Sequence record: MK562504.1
Length of the DNA stretch: 64,000 nucleotides
Direction: 5' to 3' (one strand)
Source of the DNA: Enterobacteria phage CHB7
The notes below the pieces were generated by a model, which saw nothing but the letters and a program-made list of their open reading frames with translations, was not told the origin of the DNA and made no database searches. A program made the translations under genes and the position numbers. Shown here piece by piece: positions 52,292-60,453 of the stretch; position 1 is the stretch's first letter, and each line of letters opens with the position of its first letter.

Positions 52292-52327
52292 AAGCCCCTA
52301 TAACATACTTTTTAGTGACTATCAATA

Positions 52328-52670
52328 GGATTCGATAGAGTCCTATCTTATAGGGGATTGTTTAGATATTCACAAGATACTAGCCAGCATATAAGCTTAT
52401 ACCCTTATAAGATTCTTTTAAGGCTCTAGGAAGCTCTATAAAGGGCTTTAAAGAGTGGGTTAATATGATTGGTTAAGTTGAGATGATAAGCCGTTATAGA
52501 GCGTTATAGAGCGTTTAAGGGATTGCCCTTCCCTTTCGGGTTATGGGCTTATATTTAAGGGATTGGTAACAATACCAATTAGTTGATTTGATAAGAGAAT
52601 ATAGAGTAAACTATAGAGTTATTGTTCTAAATGTCTGGAAAGGGATTGTATAAGGATTCGATAGAGTCCT
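52328..52670. repeat. dispersed 17 bp repeat GGATTCGATAGAGTCCT (2 copies)
   Basis: Copies at 52328-52344 and 52654-52670; near-palindromic core. Confidence 0.6.
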
Positions 52671-52684
52671 GTCTCATAGACGTT

Positions 52685-52707
52685 AAAAAGCCCCATTTAA
52701 GGGGCTG
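52685..52707 (-). terminator. rho-independent terminator ending the small-gene array
   Basis: Minus-sense AGCCCC-TTAAAT-GGGGCT followed by TTTTT. Confidence 0.6.
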
Positions 52708-52747
52708 TTAAGGTATCTGGGGCTATTTGCCCCGATGCGGCGTCTTA

Positions 52748-52999
52748 TTAGTCATTGAAGCCGTTTTTGTTGTAGTAAAGAGTGATAATAGAATCACCCC
52801 AATAGTAAGTTGTAACGCCGTATTTTAAGACTTCCTGTTTTGTTTCTTTCCAGAAATTTTCTGACGGTTGATAGTCCTGAATAGTTGCTTTCAGACACAT
52901 TTCAATCATTCCGAAAGCATCACCAGTGCCTACCATGTCAAATTTAACATCTAAAACGTGAAAACCAAAGTTGTTAACAGTTGCGCGGATAGTTGCCAT
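52748..52999 (-). CDS. array gene 1, hypothetical
   Basis: 83 aa; preceded by type A cassette (GNRA hairpin + GGAGA RBS). Confidence 0.5.
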   Translation of the reverse strand: MATIRATVNNFGFHVLDVKFDMVGTGDAFGMIEMCLKATIQDYQPSENFWKETKQEVLKYGVTTYYWGDSIITLYYNKNGFND

Positions 53000-53064
53000 T
53001 TTTAGAATCTCCAGTTTAGGATTTTTGTTTAGTGGGGAAGTTTCCCTCCCCGTTGATAAGTACT

Positions 53065-53592
53065 TTACAGACTTTCGATTAACTGGTCAAGCCCTTTTTG
53101 CATATCTTTTAAGGATTTTTCATGTAATTTTATCATGTCGTTGATTGCTTGCCCTAACTGAAGAGAATAATCACCGTCTTTTGTTTCACTTGTATAGATG
53201 TTCTCTACATCATACAGATTAAAAGGATTGCACCCTGTACCCATTGCCTGAGTCCCAAAAGCCAACGGCATGATATACAAATTAAGAGACTTTATAGAGC
53301 GCTCATAAGCCATTTTATAGCGGTTAATCTCTTCTTTTGATGACTTGATGCAATGCTCGTAAAGTTCTGCAACTATAGCCATAAAATCCGGTAAAATCAT
53401 TGCAACTGCTTTCATAAAATTGTTTGCTGTTACAAGTTTTACATTTGGGCGATGAATGTAATATTTTTTATCACTTCCCTTTGTGATGACTGCAAAGAGT
53501 TTAGCATTACAACGGAATTCGAAAGTGTCTTTTACTGGTTTGGTCATTACGTCTTTTGAGCGGATAGTGTTAATTGCAGTGAACTTATTCAT
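53065..53592 (-). CDS. array gene 2, hypothetical
   Basis: 175 aa; stop codon embedded in conserved GTAAAGTACTT word. Confidence 0.5.
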   Translation of the reverse strand: MNKFTAINTIRSKDVMTKPVKDTFEFRCNAKLFAVITKGSDKKYYIHRPNVKLVTANNFMKAVAMILPDFMAIVAELYEHCIKSSKEEINRYKMAYERSIKSLNLYIMPLAFGTQAMGTGCNPFNLYDVENIYTSETKDGDYSLQLGQAINDMIKLHEKSLKDMQKGLDQLIESL

Positions 53593-53596
53593 CTTG

Positions 53597-53692
53597 ATTC
53601 TCCAGTTTAGGATTTTTGTTTAATGGGGAAGTTTCCCTCCCCGTTGATAAGTACTTTACTTGTTTTGATTTGCCTTTGCAAGCTTTTTATTG
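53597..53692. repeat. about 95 bp near-identical dispersed repeat (type A cassette + flank), copy 1
   Basis: Near-identical to 57052-57147; includes the 3' end of array gene 3. Confidence 0.7.
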
Positions 53693-53793
53693 AAAAAATA
53701 ATCTTGAATCTCACTTGCTATCAGCAGACCAAAAGGAATAACCACTGATACAATCATGCCACACAGAATAGGGTTTTTAATTACTTCCATCAT
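53656..53793 (-). CDS. array gene 3, small membrane peptide (45 aa)
   Basis: ATG with cassette RBS; hydrophobic ILCGMIVSVVIPFGLLIA; below track length cut-off. Confidence 0.4.
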   Translation of the reverse strand: MMEVIKNPILCGMIVSVVIPFGLLIASEIQDYFFNKKLAKANQNK

Positions 53794-53991
53794 TTTAGAA
53801 TCTCCAGTTTAGGAAAGCGTTATTGCTTGAGATAAACTATATAGACTTTGATGAGTCATTGCAAGTAATTCTTAAGCTTATCTATAAAGAATCTTTTAAG
53901 TGATTCCTTTTAGATAAACCCCCTCGAACAAAGTTACCAATGTCAAGGGGTATTGTCAAGATAATTTTTAATGTTTTTTGTAAGTCATTGA

Positions 53992-54333
53992 TTAGCTTAT
54001 AAAGATTTTTTCAGGCTTGACATAGGTTAATCTCTGTGATTTTAGTAAGTCACTCCAGATTAATCCCGCTATGTGACTATAACCCTTTTCACGTAGTTGT
54101 TTCATTGTCTCCGCTCTAGTTTCAAAGCGGCTTGCGTAGTATTCAGTGTTAAGGGTTGTTTTGTTTCCTTCGTTATCTGTATGCACAATTTGCATCACTT
54201 GAAAGGGGCTTACATCTTCTCCCCTGTTCCATTGCTCAAAGTACTTGAGACACTGCATAGGTTTCATTTTGTCGTTAACTTGGGTAGACCATGACGAATT
54301 TTCTTTATCAGTGATAATTGTTACATAGGCCAT
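53992..54333 (-). CDS. array gene 4, hypothetical
   Basis: 113 aa. Confidence 0.5.
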   Translation of the reverse strand: MAYVTIITDKENSSWSTQVNDKMKPMQCLKYFEQWNRGEDVSPFQVMQIVHTDNEGNKTTLNTEYYASRFETRAETMKQLREKGYSHIAGLIWSDLLKSQRLTYVKPEKIFIS

Positions 54334-54384
54334 TTTCAGATTCTCCAGTTTAGGATTGTTGGTAAAGCTCTTTATCTGGGGCTT

Positions 54385-54413
54385 AAGATACTAGCTTTTA
54401 AACCCCATGTAAA
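54385..54413 (-). promoter_or_regulatory. cassette type B promoter (TTTACA-17-TATCTT) overlapping a 9 bp stem hairpin
   Basis: Minus-sense TTTACA 54408-54413, -10 54385-54390; hairpin GGGGTTTAA/TTAAGCCCC spans spacer and -10. Confidence 0.5.
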
Positions 54414-54418
54414 GCACT

Positions 54419-54616
54419 TTAATAAATTCTATCCATCAGATTATTCACGGCCATAATTGCATTATCTTTGAAGTGTGGATGACTGCTATTCTGTGAGAAT
54501 AGTATTTCTCCATTGTATACTATTTTTAGGTCTATCTTTGAACCTTCCATGTTAAGGTTACACTCTACACCTTTTAAACACCACAAGGTAGAAAGTTTTT
54601 GCATCAGTGATAACAT
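54419..54616 (-). CDS. array gene 5, hypothetical
   Basis: 65 aa. Confidence 0.45.
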   Translation of the reverse strand: MLSLMQKLSTLWCLKGVECNLNMEGSKIDLKIVYNGEILFSQNSSHPHFKDNAIMAVNNLMDRIY

Positions 54617-54666
54617 TTTAGATTCTCCAGTTTAGGATTGTTGGTAAAGCTCTTTATCTGGGGCTT

Positions 54667-54695
54667 ATCTTATCTAACTATAAACCCCATGTAAA
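54667..54695 (-). promoter_or_regulatory. cassette type B promoter (TTTACA-17-TAAGAT)
   Basis: Minus-sense TTTACA 54690-54695, TAAGAT 54667-54672; stem GGGGTTTAT/ATAAGCCCC keeps pairing through base changes relative to the 54385 copy. Confidence 0.5.
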
Positions 54696-54707
54696 GCACT
54701 TTATTAG

Positions 54708-54929
54708 TTATTTGTAGTAATAATATGTAAACTCATTTATCAGGCTTCCATCCTCATCATTATACTGCTTATGACTAGCCAGATAACCGCCATTAGCTAG
54801 AATTTCATCAATCAACTTTTTAGCGTCATCGTTGGGAATCCTAACAGGTTTACTAAACGGCTGTAAATAGGTACGACGAACATTTGAGAATTTAAAATCA
54901 ATGGTTTTTACGTTAAGAACTTGCAACAT
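54708..54929 (-). CDS. array gene 6, hypothetical
   Basis: ATG 54927-54929 placed directly after the cassette RBS; track ORF extends from TTG at 55007. Confidence 0.45.
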   Translation of the reverse strand: MLQVLNVKTIDFKFSNVRRTYLQPFSKPVRIPNDDAKKLIDEILANGGYLASHKQYNDEDGSLINEFTYYYYK

Positions 54930-55007
54930 TTTTTGAATCTCCAGTTTAGGATTGTTGGGATGTTTCCCGTTGATGAATACTTTACTTTCTTGCGTTTTCA
55001 GTGCCAA

Positions 55008-55238
55008 CTACTTTTCTATAAGAATCTCATATTCACCATTCACACTATCAAAGTAAATACCTTCATCATCTTCTGACTTATAGTAACATTGGATATCATC
55101 CGATGTTGGGTAGTCTTGCCTTGCTATCTGACAGGCAACAATAGCATTATTTTCGCTACCTGTAAACTCTTCTAAACCTTTAAAGTCACATTGTGAACCA
55201 TTGCAGATAGATAAGATAAGATAGATTGTTGTAAGCAT
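55008..55238 (-). CDS. array gene 7, small secreted/lipoprotein-like protein
   Basis: N-terminal MLTTIYLILSIC hydrophobic leader; 76 aa. Confidence 0.45.
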   Translation of the reverse strand: MLTTIYLILSICNGSQCDFKGLEEFTGSENNAIVACQIARQDYPTSDDIQCYYKSEDDEGIYFDSVNGEYEILIEK

Positions 55239-55301
55239 CTTTTAAGCCTCTTGTAAGCCCCTATGCGGGGCTTTTCTAGTGAACTGGTATGATTTTATGG
55301 T

Positions 55302-55859
55302 TTATGCTGTTAAGTCGCTTATAGCCGTTTCTGTTACGTTGAATTGCATTGTGTCAAAGATATCACAATATACATTGCTCATCTCATCGCTACGTTGGAT
55401 TATTGTCACAATGTTGCGTAATTCATCCGGTATATAACCCAAGTTCCTATTATTCAGGTTAGGGACAAAGAAAGGCGCATACATAGCATTAAATTCAGTT
55501 GTGTAAACCTTTTTAATCCATTCTTTATCGAAATACTCTGTAAAGCTTGCTACGTCGCTCATATTTTCACAACTCCAATCATCTTGCAACTCTTCGTCTG
55601 GTATGTCAAGCTCTAAAATAACTATTTTTTGCGACTTCATTTGATAAGCCGCTGTGACACTTGCACTATCAAGAGCATTTTTAATACCCTCATCCGTGAC
55701 TTGTTCGTTGTCCATTTCTTCAACGTCATAGAACTTGCTTACAGGGTAGACATAAAAACATCCATCCATATCTGAGCAATTCCAAGCGCCTGATGGCTTA
55801 TCGCCACCATTTAACAGGTTTACAAAGTTTTCTTGAGTAGTACCGTGAAAGCATTTCAT
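55302..55859 (-). CDS. array gene 8, hypothetical
   Basis: 185 aa. Confidence 0.5.
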   Translation of the reverse strand: MKCFHGTTQENFVNLLNGGDKPSGAWNCSDMDGCFYVYPVSKFYDVEEMDNEQVTDEGIKNALDSASVTAAYQMKSQKIVILELDIPDEELQDDWSCENMSDVASFTEYFDKEWIKKVYTTEFNAMYAPFFVPNLNNRNLGYIPDELRNIVTIIQRSDEMSNVYCDIFDTMQFNVTETAISDLTA

Positions 55860-55909
55860 TTTAGATTCTCCAGTTTAGGATTGTTGGTAAAATTCTTTAT
55901 CTGGGGCTT

Positions 55910-55938
55910 ATCTTATCGAACTATAAACCCCATGTAAA
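55910..55938 (-). promoter_or_regulatory. cassette type B promoter (TTTACA-17-TAAGAT)
   Basis: Minus-sense TTTACA 55933-55938, TAAGAT 55910-55915. Confidence 0.5.
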
Positions 55939-55943
55939 GCATT

Positions 55944-56192
55944 TTATTTAGTTTTCTTTGTAAAGATTAGTTTAACTGCAACAGTGGGCAACTCTTCAAT
56001 ACTTGTGAACAAAGTCACCTTTTGAGTCTTGACATTATAGCCATTTTTTGCAGCGTATGCCGTAAACCGATTCACAATATAGCTGTAAGTTTTTGCCGTA
56101 TTATCTGGCATATGGTATAAATAGGGCTTGCCTAAATTTTGTGGTTGTGTTAATAGTCGGCAAGTGTCTGGAACGTTTAAGTAATTCAGCAT
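55944..56192 (-). CDS. array gene 9, hypothetical
   Basis: 82 aa. Confidence 0.45.
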   Translation of the reverse strand: MLNYLNVPDTCRLLTQPQNLGKPYLYHMPDNTAKTYSYIVNRFTAYAAKNGYNVKTQKVTLFTSIEELPTVAVKLIFTKKTK

Positions 56193-56280
56193 TTTAGAAT
56201 CTCCAGTTTAGGATTTTTGGGGCTTGCTTACCTCGTTGATGAGTACTTTAATCTATCTAAAAATCATTGTCAAACTATTT

Positions 56281-56682
56281 TTAAAGTTCTGCGTAAATTA
56301 CATCACAGATATCTTGAAAATCTTGCTTTGTCAAGTTGCGCTGTAACCAAGTTGCGAAAAAGTCAGCAATTGCAAAATTTGCATCGAACTCAATAGATAG
56401 CCACACTTTAACAGCAAATCGGAACATTTTCAAGTCTAGTTCTTTATTCATAACTTTTGATTTGGCTAACATGTCAGCCATTTCATATTGTGCGCCATCA
56501 AGTGTACTACCATTTGCAACGTTTGCAAGTGAATTTTTAATGTTTTCTACATCTAAAATCACTCCCTGAATTTTACCGATAATGTTATGCAATGTTTCAT
56601 CAGGTGCGGTTGATGTAATGGCATTGATGCGGTTTACAGTCAAACGTGCTTTCAGGATTGCAACTTCTTTATTGTTAGCCAT
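56281..56682 (-). CDS. array gene 10, hypothetical
   Basis: 133 aa. Confidence 0.5.
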   Translation of the reverse strand: MANNKEVAILKARLTVNRINAITSTAPDETLHNIIGKIQGVILDVENIKNSLANVANGSTLDGAQYEMADMLAKSKVMNKELDLKMFRFAVKVWLSIEFDANFAIADFFATWLQRNLTKQDFQDICDVIYAEL

Positions 56683-56735
56683 TTTTAATACTCCAGTTTA
56701 GGTTGGTTGTTTGGTAAATCTCTTTATCTGGGGCT

Positions 56736-56764
56736 ATCTTATCAGCCTGATAACCCCATGTAAA
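56736..56764 (-). promoter_or_regulatory. cassette type B promoter (TTTACA-17-TAAGAT)
   Basis: Minus-sense TTTACA 56759-56764, TAAGAT 56736-56741. Confidence 0.5.
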
Positions 56765-56772
56765 GCAATTTA

Positions 56773-57045
56773 TTAAACTAAGTGTAATTTTTTACCGTTA
56801 ACAATGATGTAACTTACGCCGCTATTACTATAAACATCTTGATAAATTCTGCGTAACTTGCCCAAATAACGTACTTTCCAAGACGTTGGAATCTTTTTTC
56901 CATAGCCCGTAGCAGTTTTTTGAAGCCCTGCCAGTTGCCAATCTAAGATATGTTGTTCTGCTTGCAACTCTTCAAAGTTTAAAACCCCGTCAATGTAAAC
57001 TTTTAAGGTAACGTTTAAGGTACGGCCATTGTTAGTGGTATACAT
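56773..57045 (-). CDS. array gene 11, hypothetical
   Basis: 90 aa. Confidence 0.45.
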   Translation of the reverse strand: MYTTNNGRTLNVTLKVYIDGVLNFEELQAEQHILDWQLAGLQKTATGYGKKIPTSWKVRYLGKLRRIYQDVYSNSGVSYIIVNGKKLHLV

Positions 57046-57051
57046 GTTTTG

Positions 57052-57147
57052 ATTCTCCAGTTTAGGATTTTTGTTTAGTGGGGAAGTTTCCCTCCCCGTT
57101 GATAAGTACTTTACTTGTTTTGATTTGCCTTTGCAAGCTTATTTTTA
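57052..57147. repeat. about 95 bp near-identical dispersed repeat (type A cassette + flank), copy 2
   Basis: Matches 53597-53692, including a remnant of the array gene 3 3' end. Confidence 0.7.
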
Positions 57148-57474
57148 AGAATTTTTTCTTTTGTTTATTTCTTGTGCAACAACTGGATAATAGTCTGTTA
57201 AATCAGCCACTTGCAATGACTCTAACAGTACATTATAATCATTGATTAGTTCAAAATCACCAGATAAAACATCATTGATTTGGTATGTTTTAGCCTTAAA
57301 TCTGAAGCTCATCTCTAAACGTTGCAATTGTGTACCATCTAAACGCTCTAAAAAGCCCCTGACAAGGTTTATTTTAACTTCCTTAGTGGTTATCTCATTT
57401 ACTTTGTTTAGCGCCTTATAAGCCTTGTAAAGCGCTACAATTGAGACCAGCAAAGCAACACCAGAGATTAACAT
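57145..57474 (-). CDS. array gene 12, membrane-anchored hypothetical
   Basis: N-terminal MLISGVALLVSIVALY hydrophobic helix. Confidence 0.5.
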   Translation of the reverse strand: MLISGVALLVSIVALYKAYKALNKVNEITTKEVKINLVRGFLERLDGTQLQRLEMSFRFKAKTYQINDVLSGDFELINDYNVLLESLQVADLTDYYPVVAQEINKRKNS

Positions 57475-57764
57475 TATGATTTCCCCTTGTGAAATAATTT
57501 ACCAGTATGACTAATTTCAAAAGAGTCTATCATGTCTTTTGTAGACTTAACAGAACTTTTATTAGTGTTATCATAAATATCAACCTGAAGCAAAGGTTTT
57601 TTGTATTCTTTACAAAAGTTCCATACACAAATAACAACTTCTTTACCATTGATTTTTCCATGATACCATTCCGTAATATCATGAGTTCGGCGCATAGATT
57701 CTATGAAGTTGATATCTTGTAATAGTTTACTGAGTTTAGAACGTACATGAGCGGCAATAAACAT
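57474..57764 (-). CDS. array gene 13, hypothetical
   Basis: 96 aa; stop overlaps gene 12 start. Confidence 0.5.
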   Translation of the reverse strand: MFIAAHVRSKLSKLLQDINFIESMRRTHDITEWYHGKINGKEVVICVWNFCKEYKKPLLQVDIYDNTNKSSVKSTKDMIDSFEISHTGKLFHKGKS

Positions 57765-57805
57765 TTTAGAATCTCCAGTTTAGGAAAGCTCTTTATCTGG
57801 GGCTT

Positions 57806-57835
57806 ATGGTATCAAGCTTTTAAGCCCCTTGTAAA
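57806..57835 (-). promoter_or_regulatory. cassette type B promoter variant (TTTACA-18-TACCAT)
   Basis: Minus-sense TTTACA 57830-57835, TACCAT 57806-57811. Confidence 0.4.
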
Positions 57836-57840
57836 GTACT

Positions 57841-58002
57841 TTATGAAATAATTTTTATAACTTCTTTTAGTGTGATGTTTTCGCCATTTGTCAAGGCTAA
57901 ACATTTGTTACCAGTGCATGACAAGTAACTAAATGAGACTTTACCAGTTTTAGAAAATCCGTCAAGCCCTTTGTAAGTAATGATAGAGTTTTCTTTTATC
58001 AT
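57841..58002 (-). CDS. array gene 14, small hypothetical (53 aa)
   Basis: ATG 58000-58002; stop directly follows GTAAAGTACT word; below track cut-off. Confidence 0.35.
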   Translation of the reverse strand: MIKENSIITYKGLDGFSKTGKVSFSYLSCTGNKCLALTNGENITLKEVIKIIS

Positions 58003-58013
58003 TTGTCAAGCCC

Positions 58014-58220
58014 TTAAACATCATAATAATAAATTGCAGTATGTCTAATATGCTTTCTTGTGTGAATTGTCAAGTAACAATCTGATTTGATTGATGTATT
58101 TACATACGTATCATAATCTTTCTCTGATATACGTTGCCACACATCACAAATTAGCATATAAAAACGACGATGTTTTGTTTCAGTATTATCTACAATCATT
58201 AATTCACGTTGATATAACAT
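58014..58220 (-). CDS. array gene 15, hypothetical
   Basis: 68 aa; first gene after the array leader. Confidence 0.45.
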   Translation of the reverse strand: MLYQRELMIVDNTETKHRRFYMLICDVWQRISEKDYDTYVNTSIKSDCYLTIHTRKHIRHTAIYYYDV

Positions 58221-58418
58221 TTTTGAATCTCCAGTTTAGGAAGTGGGCTTGATTGCCCGTCTGATGCAAATACTAAATAACTTTGTTTTGCAGGTCAAGC
58301 AAATTTTTAAAAATATTTTCAGGAATTGCCAGAGAGGAACGGGCACACGACTACCACAAAACATAGCACAAATCAAGAATTATTTTTCAGTTCTCTACAG
58401 ATTTTTCTCTTGACTTTT

Positions 58419-58454
58419 GGGGAGAGGGGGAGTAAGAGGGGGAGAGGGGCAGGG
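58419..58454 (+). repeat. G-tract (GGGG-N3-GGGGG-N6-GGGGG-N3-GGGG-N2-GGG)
   Basis: Five G-runs within 36 nt in an otherwise AT-rich leader. Confidence 0.6.
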
Positions 58455-58471
58455 ATGGCTCTATCTACCTA

Positions 58472-58647
58472 CCTGCACAATTCTAAAATGATTTTTCTTG
58501 CCCGACACTCGCCGGGACTGCACGTTTTGAAAATGAAAAAACTCTTTGGAGTCCACCTGCACAAATTGAAAATGAATTTTCCCTTTGGAGTTCAAAATTT
58601 TCTCTACAGATTTCTGTCCAGACTTTTACCTGCACAATTCTAAAATA
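58472..58647. repeat. 3 dispersed direct repeats CCTGCACAATTCTAAAAT(G/A)
   Basis: Copies at 58472-58490, 58556-58574, 58629-58647; contain the reverse complement of the cassette word CATTTTAGAAT. Confidence 0.6.
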
Positions 58648-58690
58648 AAAAAGCCCTCCTTACCTGAAAAACTTACCAGATAAGAAAGGC
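58641..58690 (-). terminator. rho-independent terminator (10 bp stem, 18 nt loop)
   Basis: Minus-sense GCCTTTCTTA / TAAGGAGGGC stem followed by TTTTTTATTTT. Confidence 0.55.
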
Positions 58691-58721
58691 TTAGCCTATT
58701 GTGAATATGCTACAGAGTCTC

Positions 58722-59504
58722 TTAGTTCTTTGCAGCTAAGAACTTGATATTAGCAATGCCTACAATTGCTTCAGCATCTTTCTCATTTGCTGCAAGAATG
58801 TACACATCAGGTTCACTTCCAAATGTCACTGCACGTTGCATACTACCTTTCAACGGCGGGGTAACTTGAGCGTTACTTAGAGACATTCTCTCAACCGGAG
58901 GGTTACTCCGATGTACCTTGTTCTTACGATGCCTGAAGAGGGTAACTCCATCTTCGTTGACAACGGCTACACCTGCAAAGTATTGTGGCTCACTGTGATT
59001 ACCCCATGTTGACAGAGTATTAAACATTGCCTCTTCAAACACGTAAAGGTAAACATCAACATCTTTCAGGATGTGATTCATAATCACCACAACAGCTTTC
59101 GGGTCAAGTCCACCAATCCCTGCACCAATCATTGGAAGACCAACTTTCTTCAGTTGATTTACTTTGCAGTACTGGTTAAGACTCAACAAAGCACTCTCAA
59201 GAGCATCGTAACGGGCATCTTTACCAGTCTTCAACTGAGTATACAGGTTAGCAATACGTCCTTGTTTAAGACGTGCTACAGAGAGTTTACCAAGCAGTTT
59301 CTGGCAAGGTTTATGCTCTCTTCCTCCTGCTACACGGTAGACTTCAGCATCGGTTTCATAGGCTTTTGGGTAGCCTTTAGAAATCTTATCAGCAATACCT
59401 GCACCCATCAGGTTCATGCAGTTACAACCGTGACCGATGATATCAAACTTACCTTTTTCAAAGTCTGCGAAGATATCACCTTTGATGACTTTTACAATAC
59501 CCAT
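58722..59504 (-). CDS. macro-domain protein (TARG1/DarG-like ADP-ribosyl hydrolase fold) with C-terminal unknown domain
   Basis: N-terminal KGDIFADF...DIIGHGCNCMNLMGAGIA and later GLPMIGAGIGGLDP match macro-domain signatures; 260 aa. Confidence 0.65.
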   Translation of the reverse strand: MGIVKVIKGDIFADFEKGKFDIIGHGCNCMNLMGAGIADKISKGYPKAYETDAEVYRVAGGREHKPCQKLLGKLSVARLKQGRIANLYTQLKTGKDARYDALESALLSLNQYCKVNQLKKVGLPMIGAGIGGLDPKAVVVIMNHILKDVDVYLYVFEEAMFNTLSTWGNHSEPQYFAGVAVVNEDGVTLFRHRKNKVHRSNPPVERMSLSNAQVTPPLKGSMQRAVTFGSEPDVYILAANEKDAEAIVGIANIKFLAAKN

Positions 59505-59505
59505 C

Positions 59506-59724
59506 TTACCATTTCTCCCATGATTCTTTATCTTTAGAAGGCTTCACACGCTGTCCTTCATGGTCTACCCAGATTCCACCACAACCTTCACAGAGTGTTG
59601 GCATAGCGTAACCAGCTTTGAACTCTTCTTCAGAGATAAGACCTTTTAAGTCTCCTGTGTCACGTCCAAACAGTTCGATGGAACAGTCTTTGCAGAAATC
59701 AGCCATTTTCTTTACCTTTTTCAA
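59506..59724 (-). CDS. zinc-ribbon protein
   Basis: CKDC ... CEGC cysteine pairs. Confidence 0.45.
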   Translation of the reverse strand: MKKVKKMADFCKDCSIELFGRDTGDLKGLISEEEFKAGYAMPTLCEGCGGIWVDHEGQRVKPSKDKESWEKW

Positions 59725-60025
59725 AGAGAACTTTCTCTGTCAACTCGTACAAGTCTACATGCTCTATGCCAGCAATGTCAATACCAAGTTTAGTATAACG
59801 CTCTTTGATATCTTTCTCATTCATCCAGATAAGACACCAATGATTCCTGACAGACTCTTCGAGTTTATCTACACAATCATGAAAGGTTGGTGTGTCACCT
59901 CTTGTACCAACCATTGCCACAACACCATAAAGGAACTCACCGTTACCATGTGTGACTTGAGCTACACCAATATCTTTTTCACTGTCTTGGATGACAGCTA
60001 CAAAGGTTTTACCGTTCAATTCCAT
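59699..60025 (-). CDS. hypothetical protein
   Basis: 108 aa ORF. Confidence 0.45.
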   Translation of the reverse strand: MELNGKTFVAVIQDSEKDIGVAQVTHGNGEFLYGVVAMVGTRGDTPTFHDCVDKLEESVRNHWCLIWMNEKDIKERYTKLGIDIAGIEHVDLYELTEKVLFEKGKENG

Positions 60026-60183
60026 CAGAGATTACCTCTTCAATTTGTTGCAGAACTGATTCTGAAGTCTCTTCCCACATCATCATACTGTCAATATCAC
60101 CACAACAGCTTTCTCCAGCAACGTTGTAACGTGCTTGACCATATTCTTTGATGAGTTCAATCAACTTCTCTTTGTTTGACATG

Positions 60184-60453
60184 CTACTTCCTCGTTTTGA
60201 GAACTGCCATAATTTCTTTGGTATCTTCTAAGAACCATGTGTAGTGATTCTCTTTGATTTCTGGATGAGTGTCAATCTTTAATTTGCAATCTCTTCCAGT
60301 ATCTTTCAACTGCGTTGTGATACCCTTCATAAAGATATGACACATCACATCATCCATAACCATCGGCATAAAGTCAATTCGCATGTAAGTATCTTTTGGT
60401 CTTGGAAGAAGTAAATAACCTTCTGTATAGAACAGTTCTGTCTCTTGACTCAT
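60184..60453 (-). CDS. hypothetical protein
   Basis: 89 aa ORF. Confidence 0.45.
   Translation of the reverse strand: MSQETELFYTEGYLLLPRPKDTYMRIDFMPMVMDDVMCHIFMKGITTQLKDTGRDCKLKIDTHPEIKENHYTWFLEDTKEIMAVLKTRK

Noticed and set aside
58326-58643. 105 aa plus-strand ORF in the array leader
   Set aside because: Spans the G-tract and direct repeats with no RBS; translation is low-complexity.
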